From positions 1-64,000 of IMG/VR virus record IMGVR_UViG_3300017729_000001: DNA of 64,000 nucleotides. One strand, 5' to 3'. Positions 19,281 through 28,635 of this stretch are shown in pieces. The notes beneath the pieces are model-generated. The model searched no databases. It worked only from the letters and a program-made list of their open reading frames with translations, and was not told the DNA's origin. The position numbers and the translations under genes were made by a program. Numbering within the stretch: the first letter of the stretch is position 1; every line of letters starts with the position of its first letter. This DNA is from a virus.

Positions 19281-19535
19281 TTATTTTGTTACAGTTACAT
19301 AAAAATACAAGCCTTCATACTTCTGAATAAACGCTGTAAGTGCTTGTCTTACTTCAACGCTAGTTAATTGTGTCTTTAAATAGACATGTGATATATGCCC
19401 ATCCCAACCTCGTTGGAGGTGTTCGTGGGATGATGGCTCTAGTGATTTCAACAACTTGATTGCTTGGTTGACATATTTGCCTGGAACGAATCCAAAGTTG
19501 CTCTTAAATTCTATATGTGTTTTAATCTGGCTCAT
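19281..19535 (-). CDS. Hypothetical protein
   Basis: Tiling ORF with ATGA overlap. Confidence 0.55.
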   Translation of the reverse strand: MSQIKTHIEFKSNFGFVPGKYVNQAIKLLKSLEPSSHEHLQRGWDGHISHVYLKTQLTSVEVRQALTAFIQKYEGLYFYVTVTK

Positions 19536-19909
19536 GATAAATAGGTATTACAGTTTTTACATTTGTACAATTTCTCTCCACCCTCGTGTCTTACGGCACA
19601 GTATGGCTTAGGGTCAGAACAACATCCGTCATCTTTATATTCCTTCAACTGCATCACTTCGGCAACTAGGTCAATCGTGTGCATCACTGTCCTATCCATT
19701 TTCAAAGTGGCTCCATTAATCTCTAGCGTCAGTGAGTACCAATACGCATTATCCTCTTTTTGAAATATGTGAGTAACACATAGCTTGATATTGTCGCCCT
19801 TTTTGAAGTTTATCTTCTCTCCATTTACGATGGTCTGTCGGCTGTAGTCTGACACGACCTGAACTGGTCGCATCAGATTTTGGTTTATTGGGTGTCTTTC
19901 GCTCATCAT
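19532..19909 (-). CDS. Hypothetical protein with C-terminal Zn-ribbon-like CC...CKNC
   Basis: ORF tiling; Cys pattern. Confidence 0.55.
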   Translation of the reverse strand: MMSERHPINQNLMRPVQVVSDYSRQTIVNGEKINFKKGDNIKLCVTHIFQKEDNAYWYSLTLEINGATLKMDRTVMHTIDLVAEVMQLKEYKDDGCCSDPKPYCAVRHEGGEKLYKCKNCNTYLS

Positions 19910-19914
19910 AGTTC

Positions 19915-20397
19915 CTAGTTTTTAGTATTAAATTTGTAAGCAAAACTAGCATGACTTTTCGTGTTCATTCTTTTCCATAAGTCATAATCGACCATCTTTG
20001 GAAAAGCATGATGCATATTTCCTACATCTAAACCTAATAAGAACTCCAAATCAACATTTACTATTTTTCCACCCTTCATATTTAGGACAGACAACCAGAA
20101 CTCAGTACCATCTTTTCCAATTCGCTTGAATTCGATACATGTCGTGTTTTTAGATATGTAGTGAGTCATCCCTTTCGGTGTCGTTCTCACCTCGCCAATT
20201 ACTGGCCATCCAGCCTTACATTTAGTGACGTATCTGAAGTCAACCTTTTCTCCAGCAACTAACAATTTATTGACATTGAACTTAATCGGCTTTCTTTTAT
20301 TATCTAGCTGACGTACAGTTCCGTAATTATGGCCATACCCTTTATCAGCGTATTTTTCAAAGCCATCCCATTTTTCGATTGGTGAATAATTTTCCAT
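19915..20397 (-). CDS. Hypothetical early protein (start moved to MENYSP)
   Basis: Track start at 20430 falls inside the repeated promoter. Confidence 0.6.
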   Translation of the reverse strand: MENYSPIEKWDGFEKYADKGYGHNYGTVRQLDNKRKPIKFNVNKLLVAGEKVDFRYVTKCKAGWPVIGEVRTTPKGMTHYISKNTTCIEFKRIGKDGTEFWLSVLNMKGGKIVNVDLEFLLGLDVGNMHHAFPKMVDYDLWKRMNTKSHASFAYKFNTKN

Positions 20398-20423
20398 TTT
20401 TAACAATTTAGTTTTACAATTAA

Positions 20424-20469
20424 TAATCAATTCTGATACTAAATTACTGTAAATTTACATAACGACCTA
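20424..20469 (-). promoter_or_regulatory. Repeated early promoter copy 2 with TGTAAATTTACA palindrome
   Basis: 20424-20463 identical to 16029-16068. Confidence 0.75.
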
Positions 20470-20474
20470 ATTTT

Positions 20475-20774
20475 TTACAATCTTTTTTTGTAAAACTTTG
20501 AATTTCTTGATTGCTGACCATAGAAATTATTTAGCTGTTCCTCAACCTCTGCCAATGAATCTCTACGTTCAGCAAGTTCTTTTTCCAATCTTTGTAATTT
20601 GTTACGAATTTCTACAACCGACTTTGTATATTCATCTACATTGTGTTGGCAAATTGTCCTAGTGATGAGCAATTTCTTCTCAACACTTTCATCATCAATC
20701 TCTTTCATGATTATATAAACTTTGCTTTTATAGAAATTTGAAGCTGAATCCTTGCGAAATCTTTTTAGCAGCAA
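20475..20774 (-). CDS. Coiled-coil hypothetical protein (start may be about 20708)
   Basis: Heptad-rich ORF downstream of terminase. Confidence 0.5.
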   Translation of the reverse strand: MLLKRFRKDSASNFYKSKVYIIMKEIDDESVEKKLLITRTICQHNVDEYTKSVVEIRNKLQRLEKELAERRDSLAEVEEQLNNFYGQQSRNSKFYKKRL

Positions 20775-22404
20775 TACTTGTTAGCCATAACGCCATTGCT
20801 TGGTCATCATGTTCTCCTACTCCCTCCAAACCTTTTTCAGTCCATGTTACGGATGATAGTTCAGTAGCAAGTGAATCGGCTGTGTCTATTGAGTCTTGGT
20901 TTCCTCTTGGTATTCTTATCTTGCCTCTTTCAAATAGTATTGCTAAGCCTGGCAAACCAGCTTTTAAATCATATTTATTAGTTCCTGTCGTATGACCTTC
21001 AACTGGAAGACCAGCACGCTCACCCTCTTGAACGAATATCTGCTGGAATACGTTATTCTCCATCACCATTATGTCGCATTGAAATGACGCATGAATCTGT
21101 TTTATTACAGAAAGTTGTTCAGCAAATGACTTACCTTTAAATCTAGTAATGTTCATTAGCCATATATTATCATTTTCATCAATACCAGCAGTGATGATTA
21201 CAGTATAATCGGCACCAACCGAACTTGATATTGAAAAGTCAATTCCAGTCACAACCCTATCAAACTTCATTTTAAAGGCTGAACGTGAACGAACAAAAGT
21301 GTAATCTTCCATTCTCACATATGCCCTTTCGATAATGTCTTGTGGGAATATTGATGACTCATTCGTAACTGGTCGGCATAAATTCTCTCTTGAAAAAATT
21401 ATGTTACCTTGTGTTGACCTCTTTTCCATCAACTCTTTGAATCCCCATCTTTCTCTCCATAGAATAGTACCATCTGGAAATATAGCTGGATATTCTCTCA
21501 CGTGCCAACCCTCTTTACTTTTTAGGTCACCATATAGGTCATTAGAGTGAAATGGTGTTCCTACGACTATCACTTGACCTTTAGGAACAATCATATTCAT
21601 TATCACGGCATGAAAATAGTCAATAGACTTCTTACGCTGTACTGAACTATATATAACATTATCTTTCAATCCATCATCAACTACGATATATCCAGGGTGA
21701 GCACCCCTAACTGATGAACCAAAACCTTTCGTTGTTATTCTTGCTCCATTCTTCGCTACAATATCAGTTTTTGCCCAACCATCAGTTCTGCCTGGAAATA
21801 GCCTATCACGTAATTCATCATTGTCCTCTATTGTACTTTTTAATATATCCAAAAGGTCAACTGCTTGTTGTTGAGAGAATGAAAATAGGAATCCACGCTT
21901 TGATAGTGCTAAATCTTTCCTTGGTCTAGCAAAACCTGTTATGGGTTGATATCTATATAGCTTCCAAGCCAAATATGCGTTGGACCAATAATAACTCTTT
22001 CCATGGTCACGGGCAGCAATTACATTCACCTTACTATTTCGTTGAGCCATATCACCCCATTCTAAATGATGCCAATTTAATTCAAACTGAGGCAACTTAC
22101 TTAAAATGAAATATGTTAGATTTTCAATACATAGTGTTTCTTCTATTTGCTTGGTCAGATTGTCAAAATATCCTAGCTTTAATTGTAGTTGATTTTCTCT
22201 ACCATAAATTACATTAAACACTTCTTCAAGAATTATGCTATACACATCTTCAACGTCAGAAGCATACCCTCCAAACAATTCTCTTGTTCCTGTCTCATCT
22301 AGGTTGTTGATAATTTCATCGAACACCCTGAATGCCTCGTCAATTTTATCCATCGACAAGGCATTACTAAATTGAGATATGATTTTTACATCCTCTTGGT
22401 CCAT
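20728..22404 (-). CDS. terL: Terminase large subunit
   Basis: AARDHGKS Walker A, VRGAHP, IVVDD Walker B, VGTP motif, GIDFS nuclease Asp, HDDQAMA C-terminal motif. Confidence 0.92.
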   Translation of the reverse strand: MDQEDVKIISQFSNALSMDKIDEAFRVFDEIINNLDETGTRELFGGYASDVEDVYSIILEEVFNVIYGRENQLQLKLGYFDNLTKQIEETLCIENLTYFILSKLPQFELNWHHLEWGDMAQRNSKVNVIAARDHGKSYYWSNAYLAWKLYRYQPITGFARPRKDLALSKRGFLFSFSQQQAVDLLDILKSTIEDNDELRDRLFPGRTDGWAKTDIVAKNGARITTKGFGSSVRGAHPGYIVVDDGLKDNVIYSSVQRKKSIDYFHAVIMNMIVPKGQVIVVGTPFHSNDLYGDLKSKEGWHVREYPAIFPDGTILWRERWGFKELMEKRSTQGNIIFSRENLCRPVTNESSIFPQDIIERAYVRMEDYTFVRSRSAFKMKFDRVVTGIDFSISSSVGADYTVIITAGIDENDNIWLMNITRFKGKSFAEQLSVIKQIHASFQCDIMVMENNVFQQIFVQEGERAGLPVEGHTTGTNKYDLKAGLPGLAILFERGKIRIPRGNQDSIDTADSLATELSSVTWTEKGLEGVGEHDDQAMALWLTSIAAKKISQGFSFKFL

Positions 22405-22407
22405 ATA

Positions 22408-23148
22408 TTAAATGGTCATTTTTTCTTTCAATTCTTCAATTTCTTTTAGGTCTTTTGCGTCAGTCAAATGTTTTTGATAGTCAATCAACTTACCCTTTAC
22501 GATATCCATCTGGAACTGAATCTCTTTTTTCTTATTCTCACGAATGGAATCTTCACTCAATATGATTTTGAATGCTTGCTTTTTGTCATCTTCCCATTCG
22601 ATGTGTCCGAAAATATCCAAAGTACCAATCACCTCATTAAATTGCTTCCATGTAAATTGCATGGACTTTTTTGAGTCACTTAGTTTGACAAACTTTTCCT
22701 TTCTAAATGTATCTTGGTATCTGATATAAAACGAATTGGCAATGTCTCTTGCTTGCTTAATATTATCCTTGTGATTAACATATTCAGAAATCGCATCGGC
22801 ATTCAAAATATCCATTCTCTGAGAAATAACCTTTTCCATTTCATCCTTGGTCAACTCGTACACAGTTGCTCCGATTGCCTCCTTGTTTAAAGTTTCGACA
22901 ATTTTGGTAGCCATACTTTCATCATTACCTCCGACCATAATAAATGACTTGTGTGTATCTACTTCCGATGACTCATCAGCAATTTCCACTTCTTCACTTT
23001 TAGTTTCTTCTACAATGATAGCATCTTCTACTACATTTTCAACCGCAGTTGTTTCCTTTTCCTTTTCCTTTTGTTCCATAATCTTAAAATTGAAATTTAA
23101 CTCTTGATTTTTCTGCTTTATCAGTGGCAGAATCCACTTTAATATCAT
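22408..23148 (-). CDS. Hypothetical protein (start probably MEQKEK, about 23079)
   Basis: Long ORF directly upstream of terL. Confidence 0.55.
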   Translation of the reverse strand: MILKWILPLIKQKNQELNFNFKIMEQKEKEKETTAVENVVEDAIIVEETKSEEVEIADESSEVDTHKSFIMVGGNDESMATKIVETLNKEAIGATVYELTKDEMEKVISQRMDILNADAISEYVNHKDNIKQARDIANSFYIRYQDTFRKEKFVKLSDSKKSMQFTWKQFNEVIGTLDIFGHIEWEDDKKQAFKIILSEDSIRENKKKEIQFQMDIVKGKLIDYQKHLTDAKDLKEIEELKEKMTI

Positions 23149-23710
23149 CCGTATTTCGTAACACCTTTATATAATGCCTCAGCAACTCCGTGGTCGCTAC
23201 AACGTCAGGCATCGCACTATGCGCATTTTTTAACTCTATTCCATATTCAGCGCAACAGTTTCCTAGCTTTAATGAAGGCAATTCTACCATTTTACTCATC
23301 GCCATCGTGTCTAATTGAGTTGGACTTACATAATCAAAACATGACTTACCAACCTGATTGAAAGCATATTCCAAAAAGCCCATATCAAACTGTACATTAT
23401 GCCCTACCAAGACAGGTCTGTTCTCTGGTCTTCCATTCGGTGATGATTCTTTAAAATACGCTATCAAGCTATTCACTAAACTCTTGACATCCATCCCCTC
23501 ATTTATATCAGACATACGCAATCCTGTCGTTTCCAAGGCAACCTTTTCTATTGATAGGTCATTATAAGGCTTCACAAATGTTTCCCATCTGTTTAATTCC
23601 TTTAGTGATGATGTATCCAGAGTGAGTAAGGCTATCTGAGTGATTGGATTATTCACTGGCTGTAGTCCACCTGTTTCGCAATCGAATATTATGTAGTTTG
23701 CTTTCTTCAT
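23084..23710 (-). CDS. DEDDh 3'-5' exonuclease (DnaQ/epsilon-like)
   Basis: FDCETGG, GHNVQFD, LDT, AHSAMPD motifs. Confidence 0.88.
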   Translation of the reverse strand: MKKANYIIFDCETGGLQPVNNPITQIALLTLDTSSLKELNRWETFVKPYNDLSIEKVALETTGLRMSDINEGMDVKSLVNSLIAYFKESSPNGRPENRPVLVGHNVQFDMGFLEYAFNQVGKSCFDYVSPTQLDTMAMSKMVELPSLKLGNCCAEYGIELKNAHSAMPDVVATTELLRHYIKVLRNTDDIKVDSATDKAEKSRVKFQF

Positions 23711-24243
23711 TCTCTTATTAACGATGAAAAGGTGATTGGATAGTCAACTAAATTGTCTGAACTAAAACTTCCATCATTTAGTCTTTCCACTTTTTGAGCA
23801 TCCCAAACTTCTTCCAAGTCTTTGTCTTCAAATATTCCTGATGCGAATATTTCAGACAACCATTTACAATCTACTCTATCGAATTTTTCAGGCACCCAAT
23901 TCTTAGATTCACTGATGACGTGTATAGCATTTAAAATTGCCGTGGCTGGTCTATCTGAAATAATACCTAACCAAATCAATGAACTTTTGCTGTACTTTAA
24001 GTTTACCGCATCGAACTTCTTTTTGATTAGCATCATCTGTAAAGAACTCTTCAACAAGTCCTCATACATTTCTTCAGTTTCAGCGTCATCCTTTTCTTGA
24101 CCATCGTCAATTATGCCTATCAAAAAGAATCTTGATTCCAAGTCACTCATCTTTTTGGCTCTAGGCTTTTCAAATAATTTCTTCGCTATTATTTTTTCAA
24201 TAGCATCCGTTTGCTCTGTTACCTCGTATGGTAAATATTCCAT
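23707..24243 (-). CDS. Hypothetical protein
   Basis: Tiling ORF, ATGA overlap. Confidence 0.6.
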   Translation of the reverse strand: MEYLPYEVTEQTDAIEKIIAKKLFEKPRAKKMSDLESRFFLIGIIDDGQEKDDAETEEMYEDLLKSSLQMMLIKKKFDAVNLKYSKSSLIWLGIISDRPATAILNAIHVISESKNWVPEKFDRVDCKWLSEIFASGIFEDKDLEEVWDAQKVERLNDGSFSSDNLVDYPITFSSLIRE

Positions 24244-24285
24244 GATATAAATTGTTTACAGTTTTTAAAAATAACCTTGTTGTAG

Positions 24286-24507
24286 CTAATTGCCCTCAGC
24301 CAACAACTTTAGTTCCTCTTTAATTTGCATCAGTGCGTTTAGGTAGCCTTGTTCGTAACCATCTGCCCATTTATCAGGTACATACATATTTGCTCCACTT
24401 TCTGCAATCATATCGCACTCATTGTCAGTAGGCAACATAGCTACAACACCATGTATAGTTAATATGCCTTCCTCTTCTAATTCAATTTCTTTTAATATTT
24501 TACTCAT
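24286..24507 (-). CDS. Hypothetical protein
   Basis: Tiling ORF. Confidence 0.5.
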   Translation of the reverse strand: MSKILKEIELEEEGILTIHGVVAMLPTDNECDMIAESGANMYVPDKWADGYEQGYLNALMQIKEELKLLAEGN

Positions 24508-24565
24508 GTCTGTCTATTTTAATTTAGTTCTTACTTGTAATGGCATACTAACCATACACATCACG

Positions 24566-25078
24566 TTATGCGTACGTCACTATGCTCAAAATAACATAAC
24601 GACCTTTAATGATTAGGTCAGCCAAACTCTCTTCAGCAGAAATGAATGTCTTTCCTTCAATTTTTACTACACCCAAGTCATACTTTCTATAATTATGCTC
24701 AGCAATTTTCTGAACGTACATATTCGCCAGTTCACTAAATGTAGGTGAGGTTGACTTTACATGTTTTCGATGTACGCTATGTCTATTTTTAGACTTGTCT
24801 TGTTGGATGATAAAGTATGGTGTTGACTTTATATCAATCACTGTACCAAATTTCGTTTCCCTGGATGTTTCATCAAAGTAAGACACGTGAGTATCAACTT
24901 CAATTTTACCTCTCTCTTCAGGTAGATGGGCACTTGGGCCATTATACAATATATCTTGGTCATCTTGATGCATTATTTCATCTACATCTGACTCATACAT
25001 CTTCTTATCGTCATAAAGGTAAACATCAAAGTGCTGACCTGAGTGACTGTTAGTTCTAATTCTCAGTGGATTTTTCAT
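24566..25078 (-). CDS. Hypothetical protein
   Basis: Tiling ORF. Confidence 0.55.
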   Translation of the reverse strand: MKNPLRIRTNSHSGQHFDVYLYDDKKMYESDVDEIMHQDDQDILYNGPSAHLPEERGKIEVDTHVSYFDETSRETKFGTVIDIKSTPYFIIQQDKSKNRHSVHRKHVKSTSPTFSELANMYVQKIAEHNYRKYDLGVVKIEGKTFISAEESLADLIIKGRYVILSIVTYA

Positions 25079-25079
25079 T

Positions 25080-25298
25080 CTAATTAAATATTTTTATTAC
25101 ACGCATAGGATTGATAGCTGAAACCTCTCCAACGTCATTTTTAACTAAATAGATGTCATGCGGTGAAACGAATAGCAATTTGTTTTCCTCGTCAAATATC
25201 CTATCCGTTGTTTGTACTTTATCCACTATCCAACCAGTCTGGTCAATCAGTTTACCTGTCGTGTCTGGCACCTGATATGCTATATGTTCTCCAATCAT
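25080..25298 (-). CDS. Hypothetical protein
   Basis: Tiling ORF. Confidence 0.55.
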   Translation of the reverse strand: MIGEHIAYQVPDTTGKLIDQTGWIVDKVQTTDRIFDEENKLLFVSPHDIYLVKNDVGEVSAINPMRVIKIFN

Positions 25299-25301
25299 AA
25301 T

Positions 25302-25394
25302 TTAAACTTTTCCTTGTCCTGTAAATACCATGGCTTCAATTCTTTCTTTTTCTAGCCATTTCATAAAATTCCAAATTCTTTTTAATTGCTTCAT
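25302..25394 (-). CDS. 30-aa small protein (not in track)
   Basis: MKQLKRIWNFMKWLEKERIEAMVFTGQGKV* exactly fills the gap between dut and the next gene. Confidence 0.45.
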   Translation of the reverse strand: MKQLKRIWNFMKWLEKERIEAMVFTGQGKV

Positions 25395-25395
25395 T

Positions 25396-25842
25396 TCAGT
25401 TGGTTTTATTTGTTGAACCAAATCCACCCTCACCTCTATCAGAGTCAGACAATTCGTCAACCTCTATCAGCTTTATTTGTGGTATAGGCATGATGATTAT
25501 CTGCCCAACTCTCTCTCCTAGCTTATAGATGTTTTTGCCCTCTAAGTTTAACCCAGTCACTTGAAACCTGAGACAAACTTCGCCACGATAACCTGAGTCA
25601 ATCACTCCGACTGCGTTTTTCAGCATTAAGTCCTTTTTTGAAACAGAACTCCTAGCAAATAACAATCCTACATAACCCTCAGGAATCTCAAATGCTAAGC
25701 CAGTATGATACTGAATATATTTACCCCCTTTGTCGAACTTAATCTCAGTAGCAACTAAATCAAGTCCAGCATCCCCCAACTTAGCATACTGAGGGATGAT
25801 TGCTTCTGAACTTAACTTCTTAATGTTTACACTTACTTCCAT
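25396..25842 (-). CDS. dut: Trimeric dUTPase
   Basis: AGLDL, RSS, GVIDSGYRGE, RVGQ, RGEGGFGST motifs. Confidence 0.95.
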   Translation of the reverse strand: MEVSVNIKKLSSEAIIPQYAKLGDAGLDLVATEIKFDKGGKYIQYHTGLAFEIPEGYVGLLFARSSVSKKDLMLKNAVGVIDSGYRGEVCLRFQVTGLNLEGKNIYKLGERVGQIIIMPIPQIKLIEVDELSDSDRGEGGFGSTNKTN

Positions 25843-26120
25843 TACTTTAGGTATTTTCTATCAATCAACACGGCATTACCTACGATACAATCATTATATC
25901 TTTTTGTCTTATCATAAAACAATTTCGTTGCCTTTTCATTTAGCTCACTACCTTTCAATTTACCATTTTCATCTAGTATGAAGATTTTGTCTTCACCTAA
26001 ATAGCAAATCTCAACAATATCAGTGTTGATAGCTTTGTACAGTTCTTCTAATGTTACTTGGTCAGAATTATTTGATACTTTTTCAATAGTTCCGTCAACC
26101 TTATAAATTTCCATTTCCAT
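25842..26120 (-). CDS. DUF3846-like protein
   Basis: TLEEL...I...VE, DENGKL, N..AT, IVGNAVL motifs. Confidence 0.65.
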   Translation of the reverse strand: MEMEIYKVDGTIEKVSNNSDQVTLEELYKAINTDIVEICYLGEDKIFILDENGKLKGSELNEKATKLFYDKTKRYNDCIVGNAVLIDRKYLK

Positions 26121-26121
26121 T

Positions 26122-26373
26122 CTACAATATATTTATATGTTCTAATTGATTAACTTTGTTAGTGAATGCCTTCATCTTTTTGTCTCTCAGTTCCGATGAG
26201 GCAAACTTAAATACCCAATCTGTGATAAGATATTTTTCAGGCAATCCTTTATTCAAAGTGATACAAAATTCTACCTCTTCAGTCATTTCATTCCACTCAG
26301 AACTTTTAGTGACCGAAAATATTGTCATAACATCAATTAAATGTCCTTCAAATTGAACCAAAGTTTTCGCCAT
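26122..26373 (-). CDS. Hypothetical protein
   Basis: Tiling ORF. Confidence 0.55.
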   Translation of the reverse strand: MAKTLVQFEGHLIDVMTIFSVTKSSEWNEMTEEVEFCITLNKGLPEKYLITDWVFKFASSELRDKKMKAFTNKVNQLEHINIL

Positions 26374-26536
26374 CTTCTATTTCGTTTTTAATTCGCTCAA
26401 TTGCTTTTTCAATGTTGATTTCATCTTCATTATTCTTATTGAATTTCTCTTGATGATTCTTAATTATTTTTGAAGCATTCTTCACTGAGTTAGTGCCTCC
26501 CTTTTTTCTACCTTTCTTTTTTGGCTCCATCTTCAT
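26348..26536 (-). CDS. Small basic hypothetical protein
   Basis: KKKGRKKG motif; tiling ORF. Confidence 0.45.
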   Translation of the reverse strand: MKMEPKKKGRKKGGTNSVKNASKIIKNHQEKFNKNNEDEINIEKAIERIKNEIEDGENFGSI

Positions 26537-26684
26537 TGAGTTTTACTTGGTTTAAAATATTTCCTATCCTAGTTGGTATAACAACTGATGTGTTACATGT
26601 ATCGCAACATCTTCCATCGGTTACAGGTGCTGGGTTGTGTCCATAGCCTAAAACCTCGTCACCACATATGCTACACTTTTCCAT
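26508..26684 (-). CDS. 58-aa Zn-finger-like protein (not in track)
   Basis: MEKCSICGDEVLGYGHNPAPVTDGRCCDTCNTSVVIPTR; CxxC...GxNPxP...CCxxCN pattern known from small phage proteins. Confidence 0.65.
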   Translation of the reverse strand: MEKCSICGDEVLGYGHNPAPVTDGRCCDTCNTSVVIPTRIGNILNQVKLNEDGAKKER

Positions 26685-26976
26685 TTCTCCTTAAATTTCT
26701 ATTTATTAACTCTGCTCTGCTAATACACTCTAAGTTAGCAATGTTATCATTTTGAACATTTCCGTCAGAATGATATATCACCCAACCACTAGGAATAGCA
26801 CCATGATGGTTAAGCCAAGTTGCTCTGGCTCTGGAAATTCTCTTCCCATCGTGCTTTACGAACACTGCCCTTTCGGTGCCTTCGTACCATTGCTTGGAGT
26901 GAGAATTTGCTTCGTCTTTTTGTTGCTTTTTTGTAAAAGCTGATTTGATAGCATCAATAAAAGGTAATTTAAACAT
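26671..26976 (-). CDS. HNH-like domain protein
   Basis: W..HHG.IP.G..IYHSDGNVQNDNIANLECIS resembles HNH_3. Confidence 0.6.
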   Translation of the reverse strand: MFKLPFIDAIKSAFTKKQQKDEANSHSKQWYEGTERAVFVKHDGKRISRARATWLNHHGAIPSGWVIYHSDGNVQNDNIANLECISRAELINRNLRRNGKV

Positions 26977-26979
26977 TGT

Positions 26980-27387
26980 TTATGATTTATAGGTTAAAAT
27001 TTTGTCTGGCTTTCTAGCTATGTTCCATAACATTCTCATTTGAATCTTTGGTAATTTATTAGGTGTATTTGACCTTACGCAATCCGTCACTATATCGTCA
27101 CCCTCAAATACTGCCATATGAATTCTAGTTGATGTTGGTCTTGAAATTATCAATCCGACCTCGTTAATGAATGTAGGCATATCAACCATTTCTTTATTTT
27201 TGTCCCAAATCAAAATGTCGCCTACATTTAGTGTGATGGTTGTTGAATAATCTCTCACTTTAAAATCTGTGCTACTCATCATATCCTCATACGATGTTAG
27301 TACAATTTCGCTTAGTCCTATTCGCCTCAGAACATACGACTGACAGTTGTCAAATTTACTTAATGTTACTTGCCTTAATTTTCGCAT
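26980..27387 (-). CDS. Hypothetical protein
   Basis: Tiling ORF. Confidence 0.5.
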   Translation of the reverse strand: MRKLRQVTLSKFDNCQSYVLRRIGLSEIVLTSYEDMMSSTDFKVRDYSTTITLNVGDILIWDKNKEMVDMPTFINEVGLIISRPTSTRIHMAVFEGDDIVTDCVRSNTPNKLPKIQMRMLWNIARKPDKILTYKS

Positions 27388-27700
27388 TGTCTCTGTTTTC
27401 CTTTTCTTCTCTTTCCTTTTTTATTTCCTCATAGAACTCATCATGAGAAATGAACTCACCCTCTATAATAGGTGTTGGTGCCCAATGCGTTACATCATGG
27501 GTATCAAAATATTGACAACAACCGCATGTCGATGTTACTTCAGCAAAACTGCCTCCCTTGGGTGCCGAATCATCTGGCCACCACCTAGCTGTAAATACAT
27601 AAGGCTTCAATCTTCTATCTACTGCCCTATGTAAGACAACAACTATTTCATCTTCATTCGGCTTTTGTTCTCTTACACTTATCCAATTCAACTTATTCAT
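27356..27700 (-). CDS. DUF551-like protein
   Basis: WISVREQKP...VTHWAPTP motifs. Confidence 0.6.
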   Translation of the reverse strand: MNKLNWISVREQKPNEDEIVVVLHRAVDRRLKPYVFTARWWPDDSAPKGGSFAEVTSTCGCCQYFDTHDVTHWAPTPIIEGEFISHDEFYEEIKKEREEKENRDNAKIKASNIK

Positions 27701-27983
27701 AATTCATGTCTAATTCTTGTTTCAACATATGGTCTGACTCAATATGGTACAGCACTTCAATCTCTCCACTGTGTAAAAGAACTTTGTAACCATCATATTC
27801 AAATACTTCAAGTTCAGTTCCTTTAGATGTCACTATTATTTCTGACGGCACCTTAACCTCTTTTATTGGTTGCTTATCCAGTTTTATCTTATCTAGGTCA
27901 AAGTGGTTAATGATATATATGTAACCAAAGAAACCAGCTGAGAATATTATTACACAATACAATATGTTCTTTATCAATCTCAT
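27693..27983 (-). CDS. Membrane-anchored hypothetical protein
   Basis: N-terminal TM helix. Confidence 0.55.
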   Translation of the reverse strand: MRLIKNILYCVIIFSAGFFGYIYIINHFDLDKIKLDKQPIKEVKVPSEIIVTSKGTELEVFEYDGYKVLLHSGEIEVLYHIESDHMLKQELDMNYE

Positions 27984-28396
27984 TAGTTCACGTTTTTAAT
28001 ATTATCCCAAAATTCTTTCGGCAAACTTACATTTCCAATGAATAAACATTCGCTGAACATCGGTGCTATTTCTGAATATTCAAAGCCAGCAATTCCGCAT
28101 CCTATCGCAGTGACGATGTATTTTTTGTTTTGGTTCACTTTTACATGTTCGATGAATCTCTGTACGAACATTTTTATGTCCTCTAATTCCATTCTGCCGT
28201 CACTCGTAAAATCTACTGTTGGTATGGCATAAGTTTGTCCTGATTCACCCTCTTCCATTCCCCAATCAGCACCGAATTTCTCATGAGCAATTTTAGCAGC
28301 ACCACCTACATGTTCGCCTTGCATATTACTTCCAAAAACGAAAATCTCATGACTTTTCAAATTGGTTATTTCTCCTATGGTTATTTTTCCTTTCAT
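27983..28396 (-). CDS. A1S_2505-family (macrodomain-like) phage protein
   Basis: EIFVFGSN..G.H.GGAA, YAIPT, VTAIGCGIAG, IAPMF motifs. Confidence 0.75.
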   Translation of the reverse strand: MKGKITIGEITNLKSHEIFVFGSNMQGEHVGGAAKIAHEKFGADWGMEEGESGQTYAIPTVDFTSDGRMELEDIKMFVQRFIEHVKVNQNKKYIVTAIGCGIAGFEYSEIAPMFSECLFIGNVSLPKEFWDNIKNVN

Positions 28397-28489
28397 TACT
28401 TGTACATTAAAATCAATATCAATACTCCTATCAGTATCGTATTGATGACGCTCAGAGTGAACGCCATCCTCGACAGTTTGCTATTTCTT

Positions 28490-28633
28490 CTATTTGACCA
28501 CTCCATGTTCTTCTAAATATTCAGACCAGTCAATTTGGTCATCTGGATTATTCTCATTCCACTTTCGCCATTCTCTTCTGAGCCTTACCCATTCTGACGT
28601 TCCATCCGATATTAAACTTCCATTCATTTTCAT
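28490..28633 (-). CDS. 47-aa Trp-rich small protein (not in track)
   Basis: MKMNGSLISDGTSEWVRLRREWRKWNENNPDDQIDWSEYLEEHGVVK* starts 3 nt after upstream stop. Confidence 0.45.
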   Translation of the reverse strand: MKMNGSLISDGTSEWVRLRREWRKWNENNPDDQIDWSEYLEEHGVVK

Positions 28634-28635
28634 AA

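Noticed and set aside
26671-26976. Active homing endonuclease
   Set aside because: Only 101 aa, degenerate HNH residues, no DNA-binding extension or intron context
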